Assembly: GCA_004022145.1 (NCBI GenBank)
Contig: RCNU01000014.1
DNA length: 64,000 nt
Reading direction: 5' to 3' (one strand)
Origin: Paecilomyces variotii
Taxonomy: Eukaryota
Positions 61,331 through 64,000 of the stretch are shown piece by piece. Both the position numbers and the translations under genes were made by a program. The stretch's first letter is position 1. Each line of letters opens with the position of its first letter. Below the pieces are notes generated by a model. It did no database searches. It was not told the origin of the DNA and saw only the letters and a program-made list of their open reading frames with translations.

Positions 61331-64000
61331 TCAATATGCCCCATCCCGCTCCGTATATCTCGGCTGTTCCACAGACTGAACTCCCTCCAAAGCCGTCAAA
61401 ACCGGCGTCTTAAACTCCAGCTCGAAACTATCCAGCTTCGCACCATCCGACTCCTGCGCCCACAAACTCAACGCAACCCAGTTCGTGCCACGATAATTCA
61501 AAATCCCCTCCGGGACATGAAAACTAGTCTGCGGACCAACGTTATTGACGTACTTCCCGAATTGGTATCCATTCACGTAGAGCTGCACGCGATATGCCGG
61601 CGGCGGATACGTGCTATTCCCGAACGTGAAGTAGAGAGGAACGTCCCAGCCCGAGGGAATATCAAGGTCAAAGCTGGCCGCGTAGAACGCCACGCCTGGT
61701 TTCGTGAGGCCGGTAAAGGGACTGGATGATTCCCAGGATTGGCTTGGGGGGTAAGGTTGGTGAAATCCTTGCCGTTCGGCATATAACCCGCCTTCGTTTA
61801 AGGGTCCGCGGACTTTATCCTGGTAGTCCTCCCCGCCGAGATTACCGGTGAGTTTCCAGGTGAAGTTGCTGGCGTTGTTACCCTGGAGGTCATAGCTGAG
61901 GATACCACGGGGATATTTCATCTCGTCGCTACCGACGGTCCAATCTTCGTCTAGACCCATGTTATCTACGAGGACGGTGAATACGTATTCTTGGCCGCGG
62001 CTGAGGTTCGGGAGTTTGTATGTTGAGTTATAGTTGCTGTATTTGTCGACGCCGGTCCAGGAACCGATGTAGGTCGAGTTTAGCCAGACGGAACTGCCGA
62101 ATGCGTAGCCGCCTTGCGTTTCGATTGAGAATTGGGCTTCGGAGCCTGTAGCGACGATGTGTCCGCGGTAGAGGAGGTATCCGGTGTGGAAGCCGTAATC
62201 TGAGGAGTAGAGCGATGTTGGAGTCCGCAGGTTAGTACGGGTCTTGTTGTTGGCTGTAACCCAGGCGGAGTCGTCGTAGGATGACTGGATCTCAGGGAGA
62301 GTGTCGATGTATTTCCATTCGAGGTCTTTCAAATTAGGAAGTTTGATTGCGGGCTCGGGGTATTCGACTGTGGTGGACCAGATTCCGTTCTTGTCAATGG
62401 AGTGATTGACTTCCTTACCGTTGATATAGAGAGACTTGGCTGTGCTGGGTGCGCCGATAATCTCAATGGGTGTGGTTGCGTTGAAGTCGGCCGTGAGGTA
62501 GAGTCCATTGTCTTTGAGATATGCTGTTCGGACGAGATATCCGGCTTTGACGATGATTGATGATGCAGTTTTCTCCTGGGTGCTGAGTCCAGGAGAAGTG
62601 CTGTCGGTTGGAAGTTCGGGTACCCAGTAATTGTATGCGGTGTTTTTGTCTATTCGATATCAGCATGTGTAAACTGCAGATTCAATACGGATGGAATATG
62701 TTGCTGACATACCTAGGAGGAATAGCTGGAGGTCTCCGACTTGCACGATGCGGCGAGTAGAAGAGGCATCCCAGCCAATGACGACATACTGGCCCTTAGA
62801 TTCGCTTGAGATATCCGGACTCTCGTTCTCAAGGACCGTAGCATTGGTGCTGCCAGATATGGCAATTTCATGATGCTCGCCTGCTCCGCCATAGACAACG
62901 AGAACCTTCTTGTCTTCGAATTTCTTCCATGTAAAGACCTCAGCGGTAGAGTATAGGACGTTCGTCCCCGCAACGTCATAGTCCGTGACGTGAATCTTAG
63001 AATCACGTCCGTTAAGCGTGAGCGATCCTCCGAGTTGAGGGATAGTCAGGTTACCAGCGCTTGTAGGTAGCTTTAGCTTGTAGCTGGTAGATTCCTGGCT
63101 GCTGTAGTCAGAATGTCTGAGAACAAAGAAAGAGGTCGATGACCCATTGCCAAAGAGCGGCGTAACTGTCAGGTCAGTAGTGTCGGTGTATACTCCGGTA
63201 GTCAAGTTCCCAGGAGTAGCTGTGATATACGACTCGGAGGCCTTGACGAAGTTGCCGATCAACTTGAGTTCGCTATATTTCTCCCGGGTCACGTTGCGGG
63301 ATTCAGTTATAGCTGAGCCATAGTCGTATGAGGAATATCCGCCAGGATGACCCAAGTTGCCCCAGTTGGTGCCGCCGAAGATCTATCAAAGTGATTAATG
63401 GTGGGCTCAGTGATCATTATCCAGGGCTTGTACCATGTAGAGATTTAGTATAGTAACTCCAAAGCTTAGATCGTTCTTGTAGAACACGCTTTCGAATTCG
63501 TGATTGAGGAGGCTGGCACATGCTTCAAAGCCTAGTCCACCCCACGGATCATATGAGCCTCCTTGAAACTTCATGATTGTCAGTAGCAACCACGAGGCTG
63601 GGTAAGCAAGCAACCCACCTCAACGATAGAATATGGAGTGGAGGGACTCTGCTGCAGATGGAGTGTGCGGAAATCTGTAGGGAGGTCCCCTTCCGGCCAG
63701 GTAGTGGGGTGGGCCTTCAGTATGTCAGTAAATAGAGCATTATTCTGTATGAAGTGTGATCCATACACAGTCAAATCCCAGACTACATCCCATTAGTGAT
63801 CATTTCAATGTACCTAGAGGAGCAGACTTACGGGTAGCTATCATGGCCGTAAATATTCACCTCTCCGACGCCTTGACCCGGCACATCGTGACCATCAGGC
63901 GAAGCATCATTGTTGATGAGCGGGATGACAATGCCTGCGTTTCTCGCTTGGTCGATGACATATTGCATGTACTCATAATCCGGGAACTTAGCACCGCAGC
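61331..64000 (-). CDS. lacA: GH35 beta-galactosidase (LacA-like), multi-exon, 5' end outside the window
   Basis: [92 protein letters not shown]. Confidence 0.93.

Noticed and set aside
63767-63782. 16-nt micro-exon in lacA
   Set aside because: Looks real but is ordinary for intron-rich fungal GH35 genes.
1-64000. CRISPR arrays or prokaryotic operons
   Set aside because: Eukaryotic intron-containing sequence with no regularly spaced repeats.

Overview
Intron-rich chromosomal DNA from a filamentous ascomycete, Eurotiales-like (Aspergillus/Paecilomyces/Penicillium group, inferred from gene content such as flbE). Most of the window is ordinary housekeeping sequence: an arylsulfotransferase-like gene, a P-loop sulfotransferase-like gene, aps2, flbE, dph5, spt3, bli-3, tRNA-Lys(TTT), a GH71 glucanase, an F-box gene, snu23, bir1, tam41, his5, a 2-hydroxyacid dehydrogenase, a PTH11-like membrane protein, a CYSTM protein, a carboxylesterase, bfr1, rpb5 and a partial lacA. 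The notable feature is an accessory island at about 18.0-32.1 kb. A dispersed 5S rRNA gene is split in two (5' half 18032-18094, 3' half 31746-31810) by a 13.65 kb insertion. The insertion is bounded by a 9-bp direct repeat (AAGCCACAC) and short, asymmetrically placed inverted repeats, which is the architecture of a 5S-targeting Starship-type giant element. I could not find a tyrosine-recombinase captain. Inside it are a second 5S 5' half with the same left-junction sequence, a copy of the right-hand flank, an inverted copy of the right terminus, and RIP-like mutations. Its cargo comprises an SRPK-like kinase, a chymotrypsin-fold protein with a GxCG motif, an abutting papain-like/APH-kinase gene pair, a LysM-hevein pseudogene and a PD-(D/E)xK nuclease fragment. 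Exon boundaries and family calls were made by eye, without database searches.
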